Positions 48,309 to 57,642 of a stretch of DNA of 64,000 bases are shown one piece after another. The notes under the pieces are model-generated. The model did no database searches. It was not told the origin of the DNA and worked only from the letters and a program-made list of their open reading frames with translations. The stretch comes from Nitrospirae bacterium JdFR-86 (GTDB lineage Bacteria > Nitrospirota > Thermodesulfovibrionia > Thermodesulfovibrionales > JdFR-86). The first letter of the stretch is position 1; each line of letters starts with the position of its first letter. The stretch covers positions 41,872 to 105,871 of the forward strand of contig MTOV01000004.1 of the NCBI GenBank assembly GCA_002011815.1, in the 5' to 3' direction. The translations under genes and the position numbers were made by a program.

Positions 48309-48849
48309 AAAAGGTGTAAGACTCATACTTGAGGGCATAGGGGAAGACCCTGAACGAGCAGGGCTTAAGGACACCCCGAGACGTGTCGCCAAGATGTACG
48401 AAGAGATATTCTCAGGGCTTAGAACACCTGCTGAGGAACTGCTCAAACCTATAGAAGGAGAAACACATGATGAAATGATACTCCTTAAAGACATTCCATT
48501 TTACTCTGTGTGCGAGCACCATCTCCTTCCATTCATCGGAAGAGCGCATATTGCATACATTCCCTCAGGCAGCATTGTCGGGCTTAGCGAGCTTGCAAAA
48601 GTGCTTGAACATGTCGCCAAAAGACCTCAGGTTCAGGAAAGGCTCACATCACAGCTTGCCGACATGATAATGCAAAAACTCAAGCCAAAAGGCGCTATGG
48701 TGATAATAGACGCAGAACACCTGTGTATGAGCATGAGAGGGATTAAAAAACCCGGCTCAAGAACCGTTACATCAGCCGTACGTGGAATCTTCAGGACAAA
48801 AGCATCTACAAGAGAAGAGATGCTTGAACTCATAAAGAAAAAGATCTAA
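48289..48849 (+). CDS. folE: GTP cyclohydrolase I
   Basis: Motifs are [27 protein letters not shown] and QVQERLT. Confidence 0.95.
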   Translation: MDIEKIKKGVRLILEGIGEDPERAGLKDTPRRVAKMYEEIFSGLRTPAEELLKPIEGETHDEMILLKDIPFYSVCEHHLLPFIGRAHIAYIPSGSIVGLSELAKVLEHVAKRPQVQERLTSQLADMIMQKLKPKGAMVIIDAEHLCMSMRGIKKPGSRTVTSAVRGIFRTKASTREEMLELIKKKI

Positions 48850-48859
48850 AGGAGGAAAC

Positions 48860-49726
48860 ATGGCAGCTGAAATTATCGACGGTAAGAAAGTAGCAGCAGA
48901 CATCAAGGAGAAACTGAAAAAGGAAATCGAAGACCTGAAATCAAAAGGCATCACTCCCGGACTTGCAGTTGTGCTCGTAGGAGAAAACCCTGCATCCAAA
49001 AAATACGTGGCAAACAAGGAAAAGACATGCGAATCCTTGGGAATCAAGAGCCTGGGACACAAACTGCCTGAATCCACCACACAGGAAGAACTCCTGAAAC
49101 TCATCGACGACCTTAATGCAGACCCCAGTGTGCACGGCATACTCGTTCAGCTTCCTTTGCCGAAACACCTTAATGAAAAAGAGGTAATGCACCGTATTGC
49201 ACCTGAAAAAGACGTGGACGGCTTTGGACCTGACTCCCTCGGAAGGCTCGTGCTTGACGAGCCAGGCTTTATACCCTGCACCCCTCATGGTGCAATAAAG
49301 ATGCTTGAAGCATACGGAATTGACCCTAAAGGAAAAAACGCTGTTGTCGTAGGCAGAAGTATTATAGTAGGAAAACCCCTTGCACTGCTTCTGCTTAGAA
49401 AACACGCAACAGTTACTATATGCCACAGCAGAACAGCTAATCTCAAAGAGGAATGCCTTAAGGCAGACATCCTTTGCGTTGCCGTAGGCAAGGCAAAGAT
49501 GATTACAGGCGATATGGTAAAAGAAGGAGCCGCTGTCATAGACATCGGTATAAACGTTACACCTGAAGGCAAACTCGTGGGAGACGTGGATTTTGAAGCT
49601 GCAAAAGAGCGTGCAGGATACATAACCCCTGTCCCTGGTGGCGCAGGACCAATGACCATAGCAATGCTCATGTACAACACAGTGCTTGCTGCAAAGATGA
49701 AGGCAGGCATGACATTAGACTTTTAA
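48860..49726 (+). CDS. folD: Bifunctional methylenetetrahydrofolate dehydrogenase / methenyl-THF cyclohydrolase
   Basis: Motifs are IIDGKKVA, GLAVVLVGENPAS, GILVQLPLP, VVGRSIIVGKP and PVPGGAGPMTIAML. Confidence 0.95.
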   Translation: MAAEIIDGKKVAADIKEKLKKEIEDLKSKGITPGLAVVLVGENPASKKYVANKEKTCESLGIKSLGHKLPESTTQEELLKLIDDLNADPSVHGILVQLPLPKHLNEKEVMHRIAPEKDVDGFGPDSLGRLVLDEPGFIPCTPHGAIKMLEAYGIDPKGKNAVVVGRSIIVGKPLALLLLRKHATVTICHSRTANLKEECLKADILCVAVGKAKMITGDMVKEGAAVIDIGINVTPEGKLVGDVDFEAAKERAGYITPVPGGAGPMTIAMLMYNTVLAAKMKAGMTLDF

Positions 49727-49742
49727 ATAAAGGAGCAGAGGC

Positions 49743-50408
49743 ATGATAATCACGAAGAAAAAAGATTTTCAGGAATTGATGGAAAACATCAAGAACTACA
49801 AGAGCTTCTTTTTGCTTGGCTGCTCTGAGTGCGCAACACTCTGTGGCACAGGCGGAGAACCTCAGCTTCAGGAGATGAAAGAGGCACTCGAGGCTGAGGG
49901 CAAGGAAGTGACAGGTACCTTCGTGGCAAAGACAGGCTGTCAGGTGCTTGGCACCAAGGTCGAACTTAAACCCCATAAGGATGCCATCAGCAAGGCTGAA
50001 TGCATCATCGTCATGTCCTGCGGTGCAGGCACGCAGACAGCAGTGGAGCTTTACGAAGACAAGCCTGTCTATCCTGCAAACGACAGCATGTTCCTCGGAA
50101 ACATGACGCGCCTTCAGATGTTCGACGAAAGATGCTCCCTCTGCGGAAAGTGCATTCTGGACAAAACAGGCGGAATATGCCCTATTACCGCATGTCCTAA
50201 AGGGCTTCTCAACGGACCCTGCGGAGGCTGTAAAGACGGCCACTGCGAGATAAGCCCTGATATAAAATGCGCATGGGTAAGAATCTACGAGAGGATGAAG
50301 AGGCTCGGCAAACTTCAGGAACTCTGCGACACCACACTTGAGGCAAAAGACTGGTCAGCAAGCCAGAAACCAAGAACTCTAATAGCAAGGGAGGAGAAGA
50401 AAAAGTGA
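49743..50408 (+). CDS. metV: MetV-type methylene-THF reductase C-terminal-domain (Cys-rich) protein
   Basis: The protein is Cys-rich (CSECATLCGTGG, CSLCGKCILDKTGGICPITACPKGLLNGPCGG). It lies directly upstream of metF and overlaps it. Confidence 0.75.
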   Translation: MIITKKKDFQELMENIKNYKSFFLLGCSECATLCGTGGEPQLQEMKEALEAEGKEVTGTFVAKTGCQVLGTKVELKPHKDAISKAECIIVMSCGAGTQTAVELYEDKPVYPANDSMFLGNMTRLQMFDERCSLCGKCILDKTGGICPITACPKGLLNGPCGGCKDGHCEISPDIKCAWVRIYERMKRLGKLQELCDTTLEAKDWSASQKPRTLIAREEKKK

Positions 50409-51286
50409 GCTTCAGAGATGTTTTAAACTCAGGAAAATTCGTCGTTACCGCAGAGGTAGGTCCCCCAAAGGGCACTGATATAAGCGAAATGATCCACCAT
50501 ATGGAGCTTCTTAAAGGAAAGGTGGATGCCATAAATGTCACGGACAATCAGTCAGCAGTAATGCGCATATGCTCGATGGCAGTCTGTAAAATCGCGCTTG
50601 AGCACGGGCTTGAACCCATACTTCAGATGACATGCCGTGACCGCAACCGTATAGGTCTTCAGTCAGACCTCCTGGGGGCAAGCATACTCGGCATTAAAAA
50701 CGTCCTGTGCATGACAGGCGACCATGTATCAGCCGGAGACCACAAGGGCGCAAAACCAGTCTATGACGTCGAGTCAGTTCAGCTTCTTAAGATAGTAGAC
50801 AGCCTCAACAACGGCAAGGACATGTCTGGAAACGAACTTAAAGGCTCAACCGATTTCTTCCAGGGAGCAGTCGTTACGCCAGAGGCTAACCCGCTTGAAC
50901 CACAGCTTATGAAATTTGAAAAGAAAGTCAAAGCCGGTGCAAAGTTCTTCCAGACACAGGCTATATACGACATAGAAAAGTTCAAAGAATTCATGAAGCA
51001 CGCAAGGAAATTCCCGGTGAAGGTGCTTGCAGGGTTCGTCGTGCTTAAAAGCGCAGGCATGGCTAAATTCTTAAATAACAATGTTCCTGGAATAAGAGTG
51101 CCTGAAGAGCTCATAGAAGAGCTTAAAGCAGCAGGAAAAGAAAAAGCCCTTGACACAGGCATGGACATCACCGCAAGACACATCAGACAGCTGAAAGAAG
51201 AAGGTATATGCGACGGCGTGCACATAATGGCAATCGGAATGGAAGACAAAGTGCCTGAAATAATGCAAAGGGCAGGTCTTCTCTAA
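50405..51286 (+). CDS. metF: Methylenetetrahydrofolate reductase
   Basis: Motifs are VTAEVGPPKG, INVTDN, TCRDRNR, LCMTGDH and FFQTQAIYD. Confidence 0.9.
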   Translation: MSFRDVLNSGKFVVTAEVGPPKGTDISEMIHHMELLKGKVDAINVTDNQSAVMRICSMAVCKIALEHGLEPILQMTCRDRNRIGLQSDLLGASILGIKNVLCMTGDHVSAGDHKGAKPVYDVESVQLLKIVDSLNNGKDMSGNELKGSTDFFQGAVVTPEANPLEPQLMKFEKKVKAGAKFFQTQAIYDIEKFKEFMKHARKFPVKVLAGFVVLKSAGMAKFLNNNVPGIRVPEELIEELKAAGKEKALDTGMDITARHIRQLKEEGICDGVHIMAIGMEDKVPEIMQRAGLL

Positions 51287-51333
51287 GAGGGGGGACACAG
51301 TCCCTTTTAAACTGATATGAAAGCTTATAAACT

Positions 51334-51355
51334 AAAGGGGGCTGCTGCCCCCTTT
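51334..51355 (+). terminator. Strong hairpin after metF (A3-stem-U3, possibly bidirectional terminator)
   Basis: AAAGGGGGC-TGCT-GCCCCCTTT forms a 9-bp stem with a tetraloop. A weaker GGGAC-ACA-GTCCC-TTTT hairpin lies at 51292-51308. Confidence 0.5.
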
Positions 51356-51375
51356 AAACTCAAAAGGGAAAGGGT

Positions 51376-51597
51376 ATGAAAACTCTGCTCAGGTGCATTG
51401 TCATGGCTTGCCTTGTCATAGCTCTTGCCTCCTGCTCTGACGGAGGTAAGAGATTGTATGAGACAGCACAGTTTGAGGAGAAACAGAACAACCCTGAACA
51501 CGCTGCAGAACTCTACGAAGAGATAATAGAGAAATACCCTGAAAGCGAATTCGCCGCAAAAGCCAGAGAACGCCTCAAGGATATAAAAACCCGTTAG
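51376..51597 (+). CDS. Small lipoprotein with a TPR/YbgF-like helical hairpin
   Basis: There is a signal peptide with lipobox LASC and an SD GGGAAAGGG. The product is 73 aa. Confidence 0.55.
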   Translation: MKTLLRCIVMACLVIALASCSDGGKRLYETAQFEEKQNNPEHAAELYEEIIEKYPESEFAAKARERLKDIKTR

Positions 51598-51599
51598 AT

Positions 51600-53108
51600 A
51601 TGTCAGAGAACATCCTGATAAGGGGTGTCAACTGGGTCGGAGACGCAGTTATGACCCTGCCGGCAATAAAGGCGATAAGGAAATCCATGCCTGGCAGAAA
51701 ACTCCACCTGCTCGTCAAACCATGGGTGTCCCCTGTGTTTGAAAAAGACCCTCATATTGATGAGATTATCTTATACGATGACCGATATCAGGGTATCAGA
51801 GGGAAATACCGCCTTTCAAAGACGCTTAAAGAAAAAGGATTCTCACTTGCAATACTGCTTCAGAACGCATTCGACGCTGCACTTATAACATACCTCGCAG
51901 GAATACCAGAAAGAATCGGCTATGCAAGAGACAAAAGAGGCTTTCTTCTTACAAAGCCTATCCCGTATGAAGGCGAAGACAGAAAGATGCACCATATAGA
52001 CTACTATCTCGAACTCCTAAAAAGAGCAGGCATTGACGCCCCTTTTTCAGAGCCATGGCTTTATCTGAGCATGGAAGAAAGACTATGGGCAAGAGATATC
52101 CTGAAAGATATGAAAAGACCGGTTATAGGAATCAGTCCTGCTGCCTCATACGGACCTGCAAAACACTGGCGCGCTGAAAGATTCGCCAAGGTGGCAAAAA
52201 GAATAATCAAAGAGCTTAACGGAAGCGTGGTCATATTCGGAAAAGGCATCACGGATGCAACCGTGCAGCTCTCCCAGATATCAAATGATAAAACCCGCCT
52301 GCTTTATATGGTGGACAAGACCACACTCAGGGAACTTATAGCCTTAATCTCGGAATGCGATGCCCTGCTTACCACTGACTCAGGTCCTATGCACATAGGC
52401 TATGCCGTTAAAACACCACTCATTGCAATATTCGGCTCTACAGACCCCTCGCTTACAGGACCAGTGGGAAAAGGAAACATCGTTATAAAAAAAGACATAG
52501 AATGCAGCCCCTGCTTTGAAAGAGAGTGCAAAAAACCACAGATGAGATGCATGGAGGAGATAACAGCAGAGGAGGTGTTTAACGCCATCAAGAGCCTCCT
52601 GCCGAAAAACAAAGCCGTCTTCTTCGACAGAGACGGAACACTCTGCAAGGAGGCTAACTACCTCAACAACTGGGATGACTTTAAAGTGTTTCCTGAAGTA
52701 AGTAGTCTTAAGTTATTGAAAGATAACAATTTTAAACTTATAGGAGTTACCAACCAGTCAGGGATTGCAAGGGGTATTGTGGACGAAGGATTTGTAAGGC
52801 AGGTCAATGCCCTGTTTATTGACGAGTATGGTTTTGATGATTTTTATTATTGTCCTCATCTGCCTGAGGAGCACTGCCCATGCAGAAAGCCAGAGCCTGA
52901 GATGCTTCTTCAGGCACGGGTTGAGCATGGAATAGACCTTAAAGGCTCGTATGTCGTAGGAGACAAAGAAATTGATATGCTTCTTGCAAAGGCAGTAGGG
53001 GCAAAAGGTATACTCGTTCAGACAGGACAGGAAAGAGAATCAAGCACTGCAGACTTTATAGCCAGAGACCTTAATGAGGCGGTAAACTGGATTTTAAACA
53101 CTTTATAA
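51600..53108 (+). CDS. Fusion of ADP-heptose:LPS heptosyltransferase II (WaaF-like, GT9) and D,D-heptose 1,7-bisphosphate phosphatase (GmhB, HAD)
   Basis: The N-terminal GT9 part has NWVGDAVMTLPAIKAI...TDSGPMHIG. The C-terminal GmhB part has FFDRDGTL, the zinc motif CPHLPEEHCPCRKP and VGDKEID. Confidence 0.85.
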   Translation: MSENILIRGVNWVGDAVMTLPAIKAIRKSMPGRKLHLLVKPWVSPVFEKDPHIDEIILYDDRYQGIRGKYRLSKTLKEKGFSLAILLQNAFDAALITYLAGIPERIGYARDKRGFLLTKPIPYEGEDRKMHHIDYYLELLKRAGIDAPFSEPWLYLSMEERLWARDILKDMKRPVIGISPAASYGPAKHWRAERFAKVAKRIIKELNGSVVIFGKGITDATVQLSQISNDKTRLLYMVDKTTLRELIALISECDALLTTDSGPMHIGYAVKTPLIAIFGSTDPSLTGPVGKGNIVIKKDIECSPCFERECKKPQMRCMEEITAEEVFNAIKSLLPKNKAVFFDRDGTLCKEANYLNNWDDFKVFPEVSSLKLLKDNNFKLIGVTNQSGIARGIVDEGFVRQVNALFIDEYGFDDFYYCPHLPEEHCPCRKPEPEMLLQARVEHGIDLKGSYVVGDKEIDMLLAKAVGAKGILVQTGQERESSTADFIARDLNEAVNWILNTL

Positions 53109-53164
53109 AACCCTGCCCTATCACTTAAAATAAAGGAACTTTAATTCAAAAATAAGGAGATGCC

Positions 53165-53800
53165 ATGAAGGAAGACGTAATGACAGAGGTTCTTCAGTCG
53201 GTTATAACCTATGTAAGGGAAAACCATGCAGAGGAAATAGACAAGGCGTATGAGTATTTCTGGGAGGAAGAATACCCTGAGGACTTCCTTACCGGCACTG
53301 CACTGGATATAGCATTCGTAAACTTCGAGGACTGGCTCATCTGCGACTATAAAACACAGGAAGGCAATACTTTCATTGACCTGTACATAAAGCAGAAAGA
53401 AGACTTAAGTGAAGACAAACTCCATATACTCGAAGCAATGAAAACCTCTGTAATAAGCATATACGAAGTAATCTCAGCAAACACCGCTCTCAGGCTCAAA
53501 GACCTGCTTCTTAATGAAGAAATCCACATGGGCAAAAACATCATAGGAAAGCTGAATCAGGGTGATATATTCGCCACAAGGGTTCTAAAACTGGGTAATG
53601 AATACACCATTGGAAGATGCATTTATCCGTATAGTCAGAGGTTTAAGGACACGCTGTTAGGTTATGTGGACAAGCAGTTTAATCGTTATGTAAAGAACAA
53701 AAACCCTGAAGGCACGATGAAAGAGTTTCTTAAAGACGAGGCATACCTGTTTAACACCATCTGGATTAACAACCTGTTTAAACTCAGCAGAAAGGCTTAA
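53165..53800 (+). CDS. Hypothetical cytoplasmic protein (no family recognised)
   Basis: The ORF is 211 aa with strong SD AAGGAG and a non-repetitive, plausible globular composition. It lies between two heptosyltransferase genes. Confidence 0.5.
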   Translation: MKEDVMTEVLQSVITYVRENHAEEIDKAYEYFWEEEYPEDFLTGTALDIAFVNFEDWLICDYKTQEGNTFIDLYIKQKEDLSEDKLHILEAMKTSVISIYEVISANTALRLKDLLLNEEIHMGKNIIGKLNQGDIFATRVLKLGNEYTIGRCIYPYSQRFKDTLLGYVDKQFNRYVKNKNPEGTMKEFLKDEAYLFNTIWINNLFKLSRKA

Positions 53801-53808
53801 ATTCAAAA

Positions 53809-54813
53809 GTGCTCGTCAGAGCGGAAAAGATACTCATCGTAAAGCCGAGTTCTCTGGGTGATGTCATACACAGCCTGCCTTTTCTTAATGTCATAAGGAA
53901 ATGCCTTCCAGAGGCTGAAATACACTGGGTTATCGCAAAGGGGCTCCATGAGCTTCTTGAAGGGCATCCAATGCTCAGCAAGCTCTGGATAATCAACAAA
54001 GACCAGTGGAAAAACATCTCAGAGGCAAAAAACACTATAAAAGAAGTAAGAACACTGTTCAGAGACCTCAAGAACGAAAGATTTGACCTTGTGATAGACC
54101 TTCAGGGGCTTTTAAGAAGCGGGTTTATCACAAGGGCGACAAAGGCAAAGACAAGAATAGGGTTCAAGGAAGCAAGGGAAGGAAGCAGGTTCTTTTACAC
54201 GCACAAGGTAAAAGGCGGAAAAGACATCCATGCAGTTGACAGGTATCTGAAGATTGCATCTTATCTCGGCTGTGAGGTCTCAGAAATAAAGTTTCCGCTT
54301 CAAGTCCCTGAATCAACATACTCCCAAACAATACCAAAAGGAGACTATGCCGTATTAGTGCCCGGTGCAAGGTGGAGGACAAAGAGATGGTCTCCTGAAA
54401 GGTTCGGAAAACTTGCCTCGCTCCTTCCGTGTAAATCCATTGTGATTGGAAGCAAATCAGACATTGAGCTTTCAGACATTGTGGTAGAGAACTCCAGGGG
54501 AAAAGCCGTATCCCTTGCAGGCAAGACAAACCTGAAAGAGCTCGTAGCAGTGATAAAAAACGCGAGATTCATGGTAAGCAATGATTCCGGTCCGATGCAC
54601 ATAGCTGCTGCACTTGATGTTCCGGTCTTTGCCTTATTCGGTCCTACAAGCCCGTTGAGGACAGGACCATACGGTAATGGGCACACCATAATAAAATCAG
54701 ACATCCCCTGCGCTCCGTGCTTTAAGAAAAACTGCGAAATTCCGGAATGCATGGAGTTAATCACCGTAAATACGGTCTTCAACACCATAATAAAAAAGCT
54801 GAATCTGATATAA
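53809..54813 (+). CDS. GT9 heptosyltransferase (WaaC-like, heptosyltransferase I)
   Basis: Motifs are KILIVKPSSLGDVIHSLPFLNVIRK..., NDSGPMHIAAAL. The start codon is GTG. Confidence 0.8.
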   Translation: MLVRAEKILIVKPSSLGDVIHSLPFLNVIRKCLPEAEIHWVIAKGLHELLEGHPMLSKLWIINKDQWKNISEAKNTIKEVRTLFRDLKNERFDLVIDLQGLLRSGFITRATKAKTRIGFKEAREGSRFFYTHKVKGGKDIHAVDRYLKIASYLGCEVSEIKFPLQVPESTYSQTIPKGDYAVLVPGARWRTKRWSPERFGKLASLLPCKSIVIGSKSDIELSDIVVENSRGKAVSLAGKTNLKELVAVIKNARFMVSNDSGPMHIAAALDVPVFALFGPTSPLRTGPYGNGHTIIKSDIPCAPCFKKNCEIPECMELITVNTVFNTIIKKLNLI

Positions 54814-54814
54814 T
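54806..54814 (+). promoter_or_regulatory. Consensus extended -10 (TGaTATAAT) overlapping the waaC-like stop, 6 nt before the nrdJ ATG
   Basis: The sequence ctGATATAATctcaacATG has no SD. The stop TAA lies at 54811-54813, inside the hexamer. Confidence 0.4.
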
Positions 54815-54820
54815 CTCAAC

Positions 54821-56521
54821 ATGGAGCTTACAGAAAACGCCCTTAAGGTTCTCAGGGCAAGGTATCTTCTTAAGGACGAAGCCGGCAATGTCATCGAGAC
54901 ACCTGAGGGCATGCTCAGACGTGTAGCGCACACTATAGCCTCTGCTGAAAGCCAATACGGAGAAGACCCTAACCAGTGGGAGGAAGAGTTTTTCAATCTT
55001 ATGGATTCCCTTAAATTCCTTCCCAACTCCCCTACCCTCATGAATGCAGGAAAGGACATCGGGCAACTTGCCGCATGCTTTGTGCTTCCGGTTGACGACT
55101 CAATGAAAAGCATATTCGACACTCTTAAGCATGCCGCCCTGATACTTCAGAGCGGAGGAGGCACTGGTTTTTCCTTCTCCAGACTAAGACCGAAATCCGA
55201 CATCGTGCGCTCAACAGGAGGCATAGCAAGCGGTCCTGTTTCGTTCATGAGGATATACAACACTGCAACAGATGTCATAAAACAGGGCGGGGCAAGAAGA
55301 GGAGCCAATATGGGCATCCTCAGGGTTGACCATCCTGACATACTGGACTTTATAAAGCTTAAACGGCACCTGGGAGAACTGACGAACTTTAATATATCCG
55401 TATCAGTCACAGACGCATTCATAGAGGCAGTAAAAAAAGACGAGGAATACGAGCTTATCAATCCAAGAAACAACAAGCCCTCCGGAAAAATAAAAGCACG
55501 ACTGGTATTTGACGAACTCGTAAGAAGCGCATGGGAGACAGGAGACCCTGGCATTATATTCATAGACAGAATCAACAGAGCCAACCCTACCCCGCATATA
55601 GGAACCATCGAAAGCACAAATCCCTGCGGAGAGCAACCGCTCCTTCCGTATGAGGCATGCGTGCTCGGCTCTATAAACCTCTCGAAATTCGTCAAAGAGG
55701 GCAAGATAGATTACAACAGCCTCCGTGAGGCCATCAAAACATGCGTACGGTTTCTCGATAACGCAATAGATGTCAACAAATACCCGCTTCCTGACATAGA
55801 GAAGATGCACAAAGGCAACAGAAAAATAGGTCTTGGAGTGATGGGATGGGCAGACACGCTCATACTGCTCGGCATACCGTATAACAGCAAAAAAGCGTTT
55901 GCACTTGCAAGGGAAGTCATGAGATTCTTTCAGAAGACCTCAAGAGAGGCGTCTTCAGAGCTTGCAGAGAAAAGAGGCGTGTTTCCTAATTTCAAAGGCT
56001 CTATATTCGATGCACCCGGAATGCCAAGATTAAGAAATGCAACACTCACGACCATTGCACCAACAGGCACATTGTCTCTACTTGCAGACTGCTCAAGCGG
56101 AATAGAACCCCTGTTCGCCCTTGCATTCAAAAGACTGATACTTGATACAGAGCTATACGAGATAAACAAATACTTCTTTGAGAAAGCCAGGGAAAGAGGG
56201 TTTTACTCAGAGGAGCTTAAGGAGAAGGTGATAGCCAAAGGCACTCTTAAAGGTGTAAAAGGCGTGCCGAAAGACATAAAAGCACTTTTTAAGACTGCCC
56301 ATGAGATTCCTTTTGAAGACCATATCGAGATGCAGGCTGCATTTCAGGAATACACTGACAATGCTGTCTCAAAGACCATAAACATGTCAAAAAAGGCAAC
56401 ACCTGAAGACGTTGCAAAGGCATACCTTCTTGCCTATGACAAAGGCTGTAAGGGTATTACAGTATTCAGATATGGAACAGGTAAAAAAGGCACACTTCTT
56501 AGACTTTCAGAGACGGACTAA
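54821..56521 (+). CDS. nrdJ: Class II (adenosylcobalamin-dependent) ribonucleotide reductase, short form
   Basis: Motifs are NSPTLMNAG, LAACFV, the thiyl-radical loop STNPCGEQPL and GCKGITVFRYG. At 566 aa it has no Cys-rich C-terminal tail. Confidence 0.9.
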   Translation: MELTENALKVLRARYLLKDEAGNVIETPEGMLRRVAHTIASAESQYGEDPNQWEEEFFNLMDSLKFLPNSPTLMNAGKDIGQLAACFVLPVDDSMKSIFDTLKHAALILQSGGGTGFSFSRLRPKSDIVRSTGGIASGPVSFMRIYNTATDVIKQGGARRGANMGILRVDHPDILDFIKLKRHLGELTNFNISVSVTDAFIEAVKKDEEYELINPRNNKPSGKIKARLVFDELVRSAWETGDPGIIFIDRINRANPTPHIGTIESTNPCGEQPLLPYEACVLGSINLSKFVKEGKIDYNSLREAIKTCVRFLDNAIDVNKYPLPDIEKMHKGNRKIGLGVMGWADTLILLGIPYNSKKAFALAREVMRFFQKTSREASSELAEKRGVFPNFKGSIFDAPGMPRLRNATLTTIAPTGTLSLLADCSSGIEPLFALAFKRLILDTELYEINKYFFEKARERGFYSEELKEKVIAKGTLKGVKGVPKDIKALFKTAHEIPFEDHIEMQAAFQEYTDNAVSKTINMSKKATPEDVAKAYLLAYDKGCKGITVFRYGTGKKGTLLRLSETD

Positions 56522-56536
56522 AAGGAGGACTGGAAT

Positions 56537-57265
56537 ATGATATTAGGCGTGAATATTGACCATGTAGCCACATTAAGACAGGCAAGGCGAGGCATCGAGC
56601 CTGACCCGCTTATGGCTGCCCCGCTCGCAATCTTAGGCGGTGCAGACGGCATAACCGTGCACCTCAGGGAAGACAGAAGACATATAAACGACAGGGACTT
56701 GAGACTCCTCAGAGAAATCGTGCCTGTCGAACTCAATCTCGAAATGGCAGCCACTAAAGAAATGTTAAACATCGCCTCGAAAATAAAACCCGATATGGTC
56801 ACACTCGTGCCTGAAAAAAGACAGGAGCTTACCACAGAAGGCGGACTGGATGTCAAAGCCCAGAAAAAAAAGATTAAGGATGCGATAAAAAAACTTCAGG
56901 ATGCAGGCATACCAGTAAGTCTTTTCATAAACCCTGAGACAGAAGACATCGAAATCTCAAAAACCATTGGTGCAGACATGATAGAGATACACACAGGCAT
57001 GTATGCAAATGCAAAAGGGAAAAAGCAGGAAAAAGAACTCCAGAGGATTTACAAATCAGCAAGCTATGCAAAAGACATTGGACTCCTTGTCAATGCAGGG
57101 CACGGGCTTAATTATTTCAATGTCCAGAAGATAGCCGCAATCAGAGGGCTTAGAGGGCTTTACATAGGGCACAGCATTATCTCAAGGGCAGTGCTCGTGG
57201 GTCTTGAAAGAGCAGTAAGAGAGATGAAAGAGCTTATTGCATATTCTGAAGCAGTCGAAGAATAG
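56537..57265 (+). CDS. pdxJ: Pyridoxine 5'-phosphate synthase
   Basis: Motifs are [29 protein letters not shown] and EIHTG. SD AAGGAGG precedes the ATG. Confidence 0.95.
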   Translation: MILGVNIDHVATLRQARRGIEPDPLMAAPLAILGGADGITVHLREDRRHINDRDLRLLREIVPVELNLEMAATKEMLNIASKIKPDMVTLVPEKRQELTTEGGLDVKAQKKKIKDAIKKLQDAGIPVSLFINPETEDIEISKTIGADMIEIHTGMYANAKGKKQEKELQRIYKSASYAKDIGLLVNAGHGLNYFNVQKIAAIRGLRGLYIGHSIISRAVLVGLERAVREMKELIAYSEAVEE

Positions 57266-57267
57266 TT

Positions 57268-57642
57268 ATGATATACGGAGTCGGCATAGACCTCGTAAAG
57301 ATAGAAAGAATCAAAGAAGTCACGGAGAAATGGGGAAAGAGGTTTCTCGAAAGGGTATTTACCGAAAATGAAATATCCTACTGCTATGAAAAGAAGAACC
57401 CTTATCTTTCCTTAGCAGTCCGCTTTGCAGCAAAAGAGGCACTCATTAAAGCCATAGGCTCTGAGATACCCGTATCTCTTACTGATATAGAAGTGGTCAA
57501 CTACGGAAACGGAAAACCCTCCATAAAGGTGCACGGAAAACTAAAGCAATTCCTTGAGAGCAAAAACATCCATGACATCCACCTGAGCCTCAGCCATGAA
57601 AAGGAATACGGAGTTGCAAGTGTGGTGCTGGAGAGTGGTTAA
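57268..57642 (+). CDS. acpS: Holo-[acyl-carrier-protein] synthase
   Basis: Motifs are MIYGVGIDLVKIERI, FAAKEALIKA and SLSHEKEYG. Confidence 0.95.
   Translation: MIYGVGIDLVKIERIKEVTEKWGKRFLERVFTENEISYCYEKKNPYLSLAVRFAAKEALIKAIGSEIPVSLTDIEVVNYGNGKPSIKVHGKLKQFLESKNIHDIHLSLSHEKEYGVASVVLESG

Noticed and set aside
49668-50243. 191-aa minus-strand ORF rich in Cys/Ala/His
   Set aside because: It is antisense to metV. Its Cys richness mirrors the GC-rich Cys/Ala codons of metV on the other strand. There is no SD.
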